Below are positions 43,241 through 52,369 of a stretch of DNA of 64,000 nucleotides, one piece after another. This DNA is from Deltaproteobacteria bacterium (GTDB lineage: Bacteria; Myxococcota; Kuafuiibacteriia; Kuafuiibacteriales; Kuafuiibacteriaceae). The notes under the pieces are model-generated. The model was not told the DNA's origin, did not search any database, and worked only from the letters and a program-made list of their open reading frames with translations. Numbering within the stretch: position 1 is the stretch's first letter; each line of letters starts with the position of its first letter. The stretch spans positions 12,865 through 76,864 of the forward strand of contig WYAZ01000107.1 in assembly GCA_011526105.1 (NCBI GenBank), given 5' to 3'. A program made the translations under genes and the position numbers.

Positions 43241-44035
43241 ATGGCGCTTCAGGGCCAGATCCAGGACTTCGGGCTCGCCGACGTCCTCCAGATCAGCTGG
43301 CACTCCGGCAAGTCCGGATGGCTGCATTTGGAGAACGACGTCGACGAGATCATCGCGACGATCCAGGACGGCTGGGTGATGAACGTGGAGGCCGAGCCTC
43401 CGCGAGACTCCTTGCTCGGCCGGCGGCTCGCCCGGAACGCGGTGCTCTCTCATGCGCAGCTCGGGGCGGCGCTTCGGCAGCGAAACCAAACGCAGCAAGG
43501 CTTGGCCAAGATTCTCCACGACTTCGGCATGGTCCCGCTCGAGCTCCTGAAACAGCACGCCACCGTCATCGCCCTCGACGCCATCTTCGAGGTCTTCACC
43601 TGGCCCGCGGGCACCTATAAGTTCGTCGAAGGTCCGGTGAACCCGGATGGCTCTTGGATGGAGCCCATCCACATCGAGCGCCTTCTCACCAACGGCATCT
43701 GGCTGGTGGATGAGTGGCGGGCGCTTCGTGATCGCGTGCCGTCGCTCGAGTTCAAAGTCGTGCAGAGAGCAGCGCTTCCCGAAGAATCGGCGGAGCCCTC
43801 ATTCGACGATGCGATGTTCCTCGGGGAGCAGCCCAGCAGTCCGGCGGTCGAAGAAAACGAGCGCGTCGTGCATGCACTCTGCGAGGGTCACGCAGTGGAC
43901 GCGCTCTTGGACATCTCGCCCTTCGATCGCTTCGAGACCCTGAAGTGCGTGGTGCATCTGCAGGAGGCCGGATACATCGGCTACGACAACCCGAGTCTCC
44001 CGCCTCCGCTCCCGGTTCGAGATCTGGGCACCTGA
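43241..44035 (+). CDS. DUF4388 (PATAN) domain protein
   Basis: N-terminal LQGQIQDFGLADVLQISWHSGKSGWLHLEN... is the typical DUF4388 opening. Confidence 0.75.
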   Translation: MALQGQIQDFGLADVLQISWHSGKSGWLHLENDVDEIIATIQDGWVMNVEAEPPRDSLLGRRLARNAVLSHAQLGAALRQRNQTQQGLAKILHDFGMVPLELLKQHATVIALDAIFEVFTWPAGTYKFVEGPVNPDGSWMEPIHIERLLTNGIWLVDEWRALRDRVPSLEFKVVQRAALPEESAEPSFDDAMFLGEQPSSPAVEENERVVHALCEGHAVDALLDISPFDRFETLKCVVHLQEAGYIGYDNPSLPPPLPVRDLGT

Positions 44036-44042
44036 GGGCGCT

Positions 44043-44711
44043 CTAGCGAGCCAAGAAGCCGATCTCCCCGTCCGCGGTCTGCACCAACACGAATCCGTCG
44101 GGGGCGGCGTAGTTCTCGAGAACGAAGACCTGAGTGCCCATCTGAAGGCGCGCCACGACGTGGCCCTCCGGATGCGCTTTGGCGCGGAGTTCGGCGTTTC
44201 GTGCGAGTGTGCTCGGCTTGCCGATTCGGATCTCGGGCGCGAAGGTGTCGCGGCCTGGTCGGCTCATCGACCTCGACGCATTCCAAGCCTCGGTCATCGC
44301 CTTGCCGATCGTCTCCTGGATTCGACGTCCGCCGAGGAGCGCGGCGGTGAGGCCTCGCTGCAGTCCCTCTCGAAGAAGCTCCATCGCAGCGTCGAAGGAG
44401 CGCCACGTCACGTCACGGGTCTGTTGTCCGAGCTTCTCGAGCCTCCACGCGGGGTCTCGCTTGAGCGCGTCCATTTGGGCCATGACGGAGCGGTCGCTCC
44501 TCAGCTTGGCCTTGTCGGCCTCGATGGAAGCGCTGGGCGGGCGAGAGAGCTCGGCGACCCCTCGGATCTCGGTGCGGGAGAGGAGCGGCCAGTTTCGGCG
44601 CCCCGGACGGGCAGCGGTGTGCGGCTCGACCTTGGATGGCCTCAGAGCCCGCGGGCTGATGAGTTCCGTGCGATCGCGGCGGGCTACGAGGATGCTGTGC
44701 TCTTGCGCCAT
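44043..44711 (-). CDS. hypothetical protein with C-terminal SH3-like domain
   Basis: C-terminus AKAHPEGHVVARLQMGTQVFVLENYAAPDGFVLVQTADGEIGFL resembles bacterial SH3_3. ATG 44711; the ORF extends to TTG 44729. Confidence 0.5.
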   Translation of the reverse strand: MAQEHSILVARRDRTELISPRALRPSKVEPHTAARPGRRNWPLLSRTEIRGVAELSRPPSASIEADKAKLRSDRSVMAQMDALKRDPAWRLEKLGQQTRDVTWRSFDAAMELLREGLQRGLTAALLGGRRIQETIGKAMTEAWNASRSMSRPGRDTFAPEIRIGKPSTLARNAELRAKAHPEGHVVARLQMGTQVFVLENYAAPDGFVLVQTADGEIGFLAR

Positions 44712-44861
44712 GGTCTCAACACGCTGCAATCGCGGATCCCATGAGAATGACCCAGGAAACGGCCGAAAACGGGCTTGATCCGGACAGTTGCTGGGGACAA
44801 GACTACCCAGCTCGCTCGAAATCGAGCAATCGGACCCCGGTGGCCTTCTACGACCCGAGGC

Positions 44862-45299
44862 TCAGTGGGAGTAGTCGCGGAGCATCTTGTTGAGCTCCAT
44901 GGTGTGCTGCTCTTCTTGGCCGATCTGCCCGCGGGCGTACTCCTCGAGGTACACGCTGCGGTCTTGGACCTCTTTGAGGAGCCGCTTGTAAAGGTCGAGC
45001 GCAGTGGTCTCATGCGAGAGGCTCTCGTGCAGGATGTCGCGCACCGAGTGCTTGTAGCTCTCTTCCATGCGGGCGATGCCGAGGCTCGGGTGCCCGCCGA
45101 GACCGGTCAGGATCTCGCCCGCGGACTGGGCGTGCAGGAGCGACTCGGTCGCCTGAGCCTTCATGAACTGAACCAGCGGGATCCGGTTGGGTCCGATGAT
45201 CATCAGGGAGTAGTGCGTGTAGCGTACGACCCCCGCGAGTTCGTACTCCATGATCTGGTTGAGAATCTCGACTGTCTTCTCGACATTGAGGTCTTTCAC
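44862..45299 (-). CDS. ferritin-like / bacterioferritin-like di-iron protein
   Basis: 145 aa. Four-helix di-iron ligand pattern E...ExxH...E...ExxH (EYELAG; ESLLHAQ; HETTALD; EEQHTME). Confidence 0.75.
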   Translation of the reverse strand: MKDLNVEKTVEILNQIMEYELAGVVRYTHYSLMIIGPNRIPLVQFMKAQATESLLHAQSAGEILTGLGGHPSLGIARMEESYKHSVRDILHESLSHETTALDLYKRLLKEVQDRSVYLEEYARGQIGQEEQHTMELNKMLRDYSH

Positions 45300-45308
45300 C
45301 GGTCCCTC

Positions 45309-46817
45309 CTACACCGAGACCACGAGCTCGATCAAACCTTCTTCGATGAGTCGACTGATCGTCTCCATGAGGCCCCGAGCGGTCTCCGAGGATCCCGGGA
45401 CGTTCGCCTGTTCAGCGTAGGTCTGGAAGGTTTGGGCGATGCTCGGGCTCGTCAGCAAAGGGTGGAGGCGCTCTGGCTGGACGCCCGGTGGACTGTCGAT
45501 GGTGCCGAGTGCGAGGGGCCGTCGCCGGTCGACGAAGCAGGCTCGATTTCGAATCAGCCCCTCGGAGGCGACGGCCCGCATTTCGACGATCAGCTCCGGA
45601 CGAGCACGCAACCCGAGACGATCGCCGCCCAGCCGGGTGAGCTGATCCATGAACTCGGAGCGTCGCCGCGCGCGCTCCGAGAACGGGACCGGTGGCAATC
45701 GGTCGGAGCGAAGCGTGCCCGCGCGGGCTCGATCTCTCCAAAACGGACTCTGTTCGTATCCAGACTGCTCGTAGAACGACCGTGCAAGCTCGCCGTAGGT
45801 GGCGGCGAGGCGCTCCTGCGTTCGATCGTAGAAAGACGTCGCCATCTCGGTGTCGCTCGGATGCGCGGTGATCGTGTTCACCACGCTCGCGGCGACCAGG
45901 CCGCTGTGGATGGCCTTGTAGACGCCTTGCGACGTGAGCGGATCGGCCACGAACCCCGCGTCCCCCAGGAGCAGAAAGCCGGGGCCGGCGTATGCGCTCG
46001 CGTCGTACCATGTCGCGTCGTGCGCGCGGGGTGGCGCGAACATGACCGCACCTTCGAGCACCCCGCGGAGCAGCTCTGAGCGCGCGAGGGCCGAGTGGTA
46101 ACGTTCCTCGCCGCTTCGATGGCGAAGCTCACCCACGTCGAAGCCCACCGTCACCGAACGGGTCCCGTCCCCGAGCAGCACCGACCAGATCCAGCCGTCT
46201 TCCTGCATCTCGAAGACGGTATCCTCGGCCGGGAAGTCACGCGGCGGCTTCGCGTTCTTCCAGCGCGCATAGAGCGCCACGGTCTTCTCTGAACTCCGGC
46301 GGGTGAGGCCGAGACGTCGCGCGATGACGCGAGCGCCCCCCGAGGCATCCAAGACGAGCTTCCCGTGCATCGTGCGTCGAGTGCCGGTCTCTTCATCTCG
46401 GAAGACGACGCCAGAGACCGCGCCCTCCGAGCGCACCAAGCCTTCCACACGCGCCTGCACCAGGCTGCATCCGGCCGATCGACTGCGTTCGAGCAAGATC
46501 TGATCGAAGGCGCCGCGATCGACCTGATGTCCGAGCTCCACCCCCTTGGGCGAATAGAGATGCCGCTCGGGACCCGCGCCACGGGACGTCGTGGTGCCGG
46601 CCATGCGCACAAAGCCGGCGGCGTCCACGTCTTTCTGAACGCCCAAGAGCTCGAGCAGCGGTCCGACCTTCGGCGGCAGTGATTCGCCGATCTGAAATCG
46701 CGGGAAGGTCCGCCGCTCGAGAACGTGTACGCGATGTCCCAGCGCCGCGAGGGCGATTCCGGCCGAGCTCCCTGCGGGGCCGCCCCCAATGATCACGACG
46801 TCCGAGTGCTCGAGCAT
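45309..46817 (-). CDS. FAD-dependent oxidoreductase (halogenase / geranylgeranyl-reductase-like) with ~130-aa C-terminal extension
   Basis: DVVIIGGGPAGSSAGIALA (GxGxxG). LLLGDAGFVADPLTSQGV (GD motif). GWIWSVL at the position of the halogenase WxWxIP motif, which is not intact. Its start overlaps the stop of the multi-FHA gene (TGATG). Confidence 0.75.
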   Translation of the reverse strand: MLEHSDVVIIGGGPAGSSAGIALAALGHRVHVLERRTFPRFQIGESLPPKVGPLLELLGVQKDVDAAGFVRMAGTTTSRGAGPERHLYSPKGVELGHQVDRGAFDQILLERSRSAGCSLVQARVEGLVRSEGAVSGVVFRDEETGTRRTMHGKLVLDASGGARVIARRLGLTRRSSEKTVALYARWKNAKPPRDFPAEDTVFEMQEDGWIWSVLLGDGTRSVTVGFDVGELRHRSGEERYHSALARSELLRGVLEGAVMFAPPRAHDATWYDASAYAGPGFLLLGDAGFVADPLTSQGVYKAIHSGLVAASVVNTITAHPSDTEMATSFYDRTQERLAATYGELARSFYEQSGYEQSPFWRDRARAGTLRSDRLPPVPFSERARRRSEFMDQLTRLGGDRLGLRARPELIVEMRAVASEGLIRNRACFVDRRRPLALGTIDSPPGVQPERLHPLLTSPSIAQTFQTYAEQANVPGSSETARGLMETISRLIEEGLIELVVSV

Positions 46818-48109
46818 CAAGGGCGGAGCTCGAACTCGAGGGTCTGGTCGCCGATGCGGAAGCGGTCGTGGTTCGTGATGCGGGTGGGCGCACGCATCAC
46901 TTCCTCGCCCAGCCAGATCCCACCGGCGCTCTCGAGATCCTCGAGAAAGTACTCCGCACCGCGCTTCGTCACCTTGCAGTGCGTTCGCGAGACGGTGGGG
47001 CACTTCACGACTAGGTCACAATTCCGCGATCGGCCGATGAGGAACTCGTCCTTGTCGACCACCGACCACTCTCCGGGGATGTAACAAACACGGAGCACCG
47101 CATGCGTCTCCGCGGTCTTGGCCTCGCGAGACGGAAGTTTTCGAGGGAGGGAGAGACGAAACCAGGAGCCACCGATCGTGAAGCTCTCGCCATCGTGTAC
47201 GACTTGGGGTTGACGGTGCTCGGGCGGGTCGTCTTGATTCCAAAGCAGCCCCACCCATCGTCCTCCGCGTCGCCCGAGCCCCAGCACGTAGCTGGCTGGA
47301 CGATGCGACGTGAGGTGGATCTGTTCATCGTCACCGCCGCCGAGCGTGATGCGGCCGTTCTCGATCGCGTGAACCGTGCCAGAACGCGCGATGAGGGCAG
47401 GGCGCTGCCCGGCGTCGCTTGGAGGCCCGTCTTCGCTGGGGCGGAGCTCGATCAAGACCTGGCACTCACCGATGCCGATCTCGTCCTCGGCGTGCAGGCG
47501 CTGAACGCCGGTGGATAGCGTCTGGTCGCCGCGCCGGATGCCCGAGGCCGAACCCAGGTCCTCGATGCAGAACCCCTGCGGCGTTCGGCGAATGGCGGCG
47601 TGGTTTCGGGAGACCGTCGGAGACGCGATGCGCAGATCGGCGGACTTCGATCGGCCGATGATGAACTCGTCCTTCATGACCGGGACCCACGCGCCCGGCT
47701 CCGACGAGGCCCAGAGAATCTGCGACGTAGAGACGTCAGCCGGCGAGGTCTCGATGGTGGGGGCTTGCTCCAGTCCGGGCAGCGGCGGCTTGGTGCCGAC
47801 CTCGCCGTTCTCGAGACGACAACTCAGGACGGTGTCACCCATCCGGAAGGCGTCTCCGTGCTCGATCCGCTTCGTCGAATTGAGCTTCTGCTTCTGAAAG
47901 TAGGTTCCGCTCGAGCTCTTGAGATCCTCGATGAAGAACGCGTCGGTGTCGAAGTAGATGCGGCAGTGACGCCGTGAGACCTGAGACGCCCCGAGCACGA
48001 GATCGCAGGAACGGCTCCGGCCGATGAAGAACTCGCTGCGTTCGACAGGGATCCACTCGTCGGGTTGCCGATCGATGGCGACCAAGAGTCTTTGTGTGCC
48101 CCCGCCCAC
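46817..48109 (-). CDS. multi-FHA-domain protein (three canonical + one degenerate FHA)
   Basis: FFIGRSRSCDLVL..VSRRHCRI; FIIGRSKSADLRI..VSRNHAAI; FLIGRSRNCDLVV..VSRTHCKV. A fourth, degenerate beta-sandwich-like segment lies between the second and third. Confidence 0.85.
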   Translation of the reverse strand: MGGGTQRLLVAIDRQPDEWIPVERSEFFIGRSRSCDLVLGASQVSRRHCRIYFDTDAFFIEDLKSSSGTYFQKQKLNSTKRIEHGDAFRMGDTVLSCRLENGEVGTKPPLPGLEQAPTIETSPADVSTSQILWASSEPGAWVPVMKDEFIIGRSKSADLRIASPTVSRNHAAIRRTPQGFCIEDLGSASGIRRGDQTLSTGVQRLHAEDEIGIGECQVLIELRPSEDGPPSDAGQRPALIARSGTVHAIENGRITLGGGDDEQIHLTSHRPASYVLGLGRRGGRWVGLLWNQDDPPEHRQPQVVHDGESFTIGGSWFRLSLPRKLPSREAKTAETHAVLRVCYIPGEWSVVDKDEFLIGRSRNCDLVVKCPTVSRTHCKVTKRGAEYFLEDLESAGGIWLGEEVMRAPTRITNHDRFRIGDQTLEFELRP

Positions 48110-48176
48110 GGAGCCGCAGGATACGGGAGGAAAGAATCCTTCGCCAAGTGGATATGAGGGGCTATACTCCCGCCCT

Positions 48177-48389
48177 GTGCAGGCCGGTTTATGGGCGTTC
48201 TGGGCGGTGTTTGCCTCGATCTCGGTGATTGGAACCGTGGCGGTCTATCCGGGCGTGAGGCGGCACGTGCCTTCCCGGGTCAACACCGTCCTCGCGGCCT
48301 CCATGAGCGCGTCGCTCTTTGCCGCGATGCTGGCGCTGGCGGCGGGCGCGATGGTGAACGCGGTGGTCCTGATCTTCACTGGCCCTTGA
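48177..48389 (+). CDS. small two-TM membrane protein (hypothetical)
   Basis: GTG start. 70 aa. LWAFWAVFASISVIGTVAVY and SLFAAMLALAAGAMVNAVVLIF. High GC3. No homology clue. Confidence 0.35.
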   Translation: MQAGLWAFWAVFASISVIGTVAVYPGVRRHVPSRVNTVLAASMSASLFAAMLALAAGAMVNAVVLIFTGP

Positions 48390-48398
48390 GGCGCTTCG

Positions 48399-49031
48399 CT
48401 ATCGCTTCTCGACCCAGCTCAGGTTCACGATGGTGCCGGACTCGCCGACGCCGGCCATGGCCTGAGCGCCCACCTGGACCTTGTCCTTCTCTGCCGCGAC
48501 CATCACCATGTCCATCGGACCGGCCTTGGTGGCGGTACGCTTCACCTTGAAGCCCTCTTGCTCGAGGTGCTTGGCATAGAAGTCTCCGACCGCGGTGGGA
48601 TCGAGCTCGCTCTTGAGGGAAGCGGTCCGCATCAGGCCGCTCTTGTCGGAGTCCATGGATCCGGTGCGGAGCACCGTGGTGTCTTCGGGGACCGGCAGCG
48701 GGAAGTCTTTGGGCAGCTCACCCTCGGAGGCCTCGCCGAGGACCACCTTGCCATCCGGGCCATCGATCGTGACCTTTCCGTTCTCCTGCTTGTAGACCGC
48801 CTCACCGTCGTCGGTTTTGATGGTGACCTGGTTGTCGCCGGTGGCGATGACCGCGGTCTTTCCGTCCTTGGTCTTAATCTCGACCTTCTTGCCGTCGATC
48901 GAGACCTCGTTGCCGGTGGCCGCTTCGATCGCTTTCTCGGAGGCCTTTTTGGCGAGGAAGTCACACCCCACGAGCATGGGGGACCACGCTGCCGCTGTGA
49001 TCAGAACGAGACTGTACGCGGGGTTCTTCAT
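48399..49031 (-). CDS. lipoprotein (hypothetical)
   Basis: MKNPAYSLVLITAAAWSPMLVGC lipobox. Lys/Asp/Gly-rich beta-hairpin-like repeats (VSIDGKKVEIKTKDGKTAVIATGDNQVTIKTDDG). Confidence 0.7.
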   Translation of the reverse strand: MKNPAYSLVLITAAAWSPMLVGCDFLAKKASEKAIEAATGNEVSIDGKKVEIKTKDGKTAVIATGDNQVTIKTDDGEAVYKQENGKVTIDGPDGKVVLGEASEGELPKDFPLPVPEDTTVLRTGSMDSDKSGLMRTASLKSELDPTAVGDFYAKHLEQEGFKVKRTATKAGPMDMVMVAAEKDKVQVGAQAMAGVGESGTIVNLSWVEKR

Positions 49032-49040
49032 GCCTCTCGC

Positions 49041-50945
49041 TTAGCGCGTTTCGTCTCGGCTTGCATCCCCAGTGCGCTCCGGTCCGAGCCAGCCATCGAG
49101 CCGTCGTCCATGTGTGGCATTCGTCCAGGGTAAGGTCTCGAGTTCTCGACCCGAAACCGGGCGTTCCCCGAGCACGAGGGGCAGGTCACGAACGCGGCCT
49201 CTGCGGCTGAGGGTGAGGCTGGTTGCTTCTGCGGGGCTCAGGGTCTCGAGGAGGTCTGTCCACCGGCTGCTCGTGGCCCTCAGATCACCGATGGCCAGCA
49301 CCTCGTCTTCGGCGGAGACGCCCGCTCGCCACGCTGGGCTGTCGCGGACCACCTCGGTGACAAAGAGACGCTCACCGTCCGCGCGGGTCCCGATCCCGAT
49401 CCACGGCTTCCTCTTGGCCTTCTTGTCCTTCGATTCCGCGAAGCGAAGGCCGAAGTAGTCGAGGCCTGCCTCCACGTCGAGCTCGTCGGTGCTGACCAGG
49501 GTCTTCGCGAGCCAAGTACGAACCCCCTTGCCGGCCACTTCGGCGACGACATCTTGGAACTCCGCCTCGGTGTAGCCGCGCTCCCCGGAGTACAGCGCGA
49601 AGGCGCGTCGCATGACATCGTCGAGGCTCTTGGTGTCGCGGGTCGCCTCTCGAATCTTCGCATCGAGCACAAAGGCCACGAGGGCGCCCTTTACGTAGTA
49701 GCTGATGCGGGCGTTGAGCGCGTTCTCGTCTGGGCGGTAGTATTTGATCCACGCATCGTAGCTGGAGGACTGCAGGTCCTGCACTCGTCGCCCCGGGGTG
49801 CCGCGGAAACGGTCGATCGTCTTCGCCAGACGCTGCAGGTACTCCTTGCGATCGAAGAGGCCGGCCCGGCGCGCGAGCAGGTCATCGTAGTAGGATGTGA
49901 CCCCTTCTGCGATCCAGAGGCTCTTCGTATAGACCTCGTTCTCGTAGTCGAAGGGCCCCAGCTCGACGGGGCGGAGGCGTTTGACGTTCCAAGCGTGGAA
50001 GATCTCGTGACTCGCGAGACTCAGCCAATCACGATACTTCTCCTCCGACTGCATCGAGAGACCGCTGGCCATCAAGACCGAGGAGTCCCGGTGCTCGAGT
50101 CCACCGCTGCTCTCGGTGAGCAGATTGAAGAGGTAGTAGCGCGGGTACGGCAGGCTCCCCCAGAGCTCGCGATGACGTTCGACGAGACGCTGGACGTCCG
50201 TTGCCGCCCGAGCATGGTCCCACTTGGCGGTGTCGCCGTGGCTGACGATCGAATGCTCGATCCCGTCGAGCTCGAACGTGACGGTGGTCGCGGTTCCGAC
50301 CAGGAACGGGCTATCGACGAGCTCATCATAGTCTTTTGCGAGGAACGTCTCCGGGTCCTCCTCGTGCGCCCTTAGTGTGGTCGCGATGTTATGCCACTCC
50401 ACCGGCTTGGTGATGGATACGATGTGCTCCGACTGCATGGCCTCGGGGTCGGCGAAGAAGACGGTGGTGCCGGTGATGAACGCGCCGTCGACGTCCACGA
50501 AGCTGGTGCGGACCGTCATCTCGTTCGCATACACCTTGTAGCTGAGCTGGATGCGGTCATGGCCCATGGTGCTCACGCGGACTCGGTTCTTTCGAGTGCG
50601 TTCGAGCGGCAGCGCGGCGCCGGAGGCGTCCGTTGCGACCAGCGCCTCAACGTTTCGCATGTATTCGCGGACGAGGTACGAGCCCGGGGTCCAGACCGGA
50701 AGAAACAGCTCGAGCGCGCTGCGATCGCGGGCGGGAAAGGTCGCCTGAACCTCGATGTAGTGCGTGTGAGGCTCGGGGAACGAGAGCTCGTAGAGAACGG
50801 GTGAAGCGGTGGAGCTCGCGGTGCTCGTCCGGGTCTTTGGCGCCGGCACCGGGGACGCGGGCTTGGGCTCGGGAGGTGTGGCCTTCTTGGCTTCGACGCA
50901 CGCGGAGACGAGAGCGATGAGGCAGATTGAATGACTCAGGCGCAC
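49041..50945 (-). CDS. M61 glycyl aminopeptidase with C-terminal PDZ domain
   Basis: Lipoprotein-type signal LIALVSAC. HEIFHAWN zinc motif. M61-typical FPEPHTHYIEV...LPVWTPGSYLVREY. PDZ-like VTEVVRDSPAWRAGVSAEDEVLAIG. Confidence 0.85.
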   Translation of the reverse strand: MRLSHSICLIALVSACVEAKKATPPEPKPASPVPAPKTRTSTASSTASPVLYELSFPEPHTHYIEVQATFPARDRSALELFLPVWTPGSYLVREYMRNVEALVATDASGAALPLERTRKNRVRVSTMGHDRIQLSYKVYANEMTVRTSFVDVDGAFITGTTVFFADPEAMQSEHIVSITKPVEWHNIATTLRAHEEDPETFLAKDYDELVDSPFLVGTATTVTFELDGIEHSIVSHGDTAKWDHARAATDVQRLVERHRELWGSLPYPRYYLFNLLTESSGGLEHRDSSVLMASGLSMQSEEKYRDWLSLASHEIFHAWNVKRLRPVELGPFDYENEVYTKSLWIAEGVTSYYDDLLARRAGLFDRKEYLQRLAKTIDRFRGTPGRRVQDLQSSSYDAWIKYYRPDENALNARISYYVKGALVAFVLDAKIREATRDTKSLDDVMRRAFALYSGERGYTEAEFQDVVAEVAGKGVRTWLAKTLVSTDELDVEAGLDYFGLRFAESKDKKAKRKPWIGIGTRADGERLFVTEVVRDSPAWRAGVSAEDEVLAIGDLRATSSRWTDLLETLSPAEATSLTLSRRGRVRDLPLVLGERPVSGRELETLPWTNATHGRRLDGWLGPERTGDASRDETR

Positions 50946-51730
50946 AAGGCCTCCTTGATGGCTCGCACCCGGGCGACCGATACTGGCTTGGTCCAGTCTG
51001 AATCTTCTTTGAGGGCGGTGCCCACGATCACCCCGCTCGCACGTTGACGCAGCTGTGGCGCCTGAAGGGCGGTGACCCCGGAGCCTACGAGCACCGGGCG
51101 GTCGGCGCTCGCTGCCGCCTCCATGTCTTCGAACGCGGTGAGGTCGCCGGTCGAGCGGCCGGTCACGATCAGGGCGTCGGCCCCACAGAAGACGGACCCT
51201 CGAGCGATGTCTTCGAGGGAGAGGTCGGCGGTCACGGCATGAGCGGCATGCTTCTTCTTGATGTCCGCCCAGATCGACACCTCGGCGTTTAGGTTTCGGC
51301 GTGCTCTCAGAAGCGAGCCGGCGCTCGCGTCGAGCCAGCCTTCATCTGCGACGTGTGCATACGCGAAGGCCTCGACGCGCACGAAGCTCGCTCCGGCCGC
51401 GACCGCGACGCCCAGCGCCTCGAGGTTGGCGGCGGCGAGGATCTGTACCCCGATGGGCTTGCCCAAAGATGCGAGCTGATGCGTGGCGACCGCCATGGCG
51501 GCGGTGGTCTCGGGTGTTGCGTGGCCGCGAAGATACGGCAGGTCACCCATGTTCTCGACGAGCAAAGCGTCGACTCCGCCTTCAATCAATCGCTCCGCGT
51601 CACGAAGGGCGGACTCGAGGACGTGCTTCATCGAACCTCGATAGCCCGGGCTCCCAGGGAGAGGCTCCAGATGCACCATGCCGATAAACGCACACTCGTC
51701 CGATGACGGCGCTCGAAGCTCCAGCTTCAT
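50936..51730 (-). CDS. BtpA/SgcQ family TIM-barrel protein
   Basis: IGMVHLEPLPGSPGY...VDALLVENMGDLPY...VGSGVT are typical of BtpA. 10-nt overlap with the M61 gene. Confidence 0.75.
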   Translation of the reverse strand: MKLELRAPSSDECAFIGMVHLEPLPGSPGYRGSMKHVLESALRDAERLIEGGVDALLVENMGDLPYLRGHATPETTAAMAVATHQLASLGKPIGVQILAAANLEALGVAVAAGASFVRVEAFAYAHVADEGWLDASAGSLLRARRNLNAEVSIWADIKKKHAAHAVTADLSLEDIARGSVFCGADALIVTGRSTGDLTAFEDMEAAASADRPVLVGSGVTALQAPQLRQRASGVIVGTALKEDSDWTKPVSVARVRAIKEALCA

Positions 51731-51780
51731 GGCTACCTTCTACAGCGGCACGGCGTGAGAGTGAACCACTGTGGCCGGTT

Positions 51781-52206
51781 CTATGGGCCCTGGTGGGTGG
51801 GGTCGGCCACAATGGCGTCGCGACCCGCCAGATACCAGGAGATCGCGGCGCCGAGAGAGAGAATGACGAGGACCGCGAGCACCAGCACGATCGTCGAAGT
51901 GGAGGAACGCTTTCGTGCCGCGAGTCGGAGGGGGGGCGGCTCGAGCTCCGGCTCCGTGGGTGCGTCGAGTGCGGGCTTGGGCCGAGGCTTCGGGGCCGCC
52001 GGACTCGGCGGCTTGCTCGGGGCCGCGGCGACGCTGGGGAGCGAAGGTGCTACGAGGCGAGCGCTCGCCGCGCGGATCGGAGGGAGCGTCTGCTCGAGAT
52101 CCAAGCGGGCCGCACCTGCATCATCGAGCGTAGCGCCGAACGGGTCGATCCCGCTGGTCTTGGGCAGGTCGCGATGTGTCTCTTGGCTGTCGCTCGAGCG
52201 CCCCAT
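51781..52206 (-). CDS. Pro/Ala-rich protein with C-terminal TM anchor (hypothetical)
   Basis: It shares its wobble position with a + strand ORF, so GC3 cannot discriminate. The minus frame has normal GC2 and a clean TM (TIVLVLAVLVILSLGAAISWYL). The plus frame is Gly/Ser/Arg junk. The ORF is open to 52392 and the start is uncertain. Confidence 0.4.
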   Translation of the reverse strand: MGRSSDSQETHRDLPKTSGIDPFGATLDDAGAARLDLEQTLPPIRAASARLVAPSLPSVAAAPSKPPSPAAPKPRPKPALDAPTEPELEPPPLRLAARKRSSTSTIVLVLAVLVILSLGAAISWYLAGRDAIVADPTHQGP

Positions 52207-52369
52207 CCGAACCGTGGGCAAGCCGTCGGGCTCGGCGGCCCTTGGGACCGTCGAGCGCGCCTCTCCGGACTCCGGCTCGGACCAGGAGAAAGGGTCGTCT
52301 TCGTTCCTCGTCAACCCGAAGCAGCATAGCGCAACTCGAGTCCCAGGACCTACTTCAGGCCCTGACGCC

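Noticed and set aside
45309-46817. Calling the flavoprotein a tryptophan/flavin-dependent halogenase.
   Set aside because: The WxWxIP motif is not intact (GWIWSVL), and I cannot verify the catalytic Lys by eye. Only a generic FAD-oxidoreductase call is supportable.
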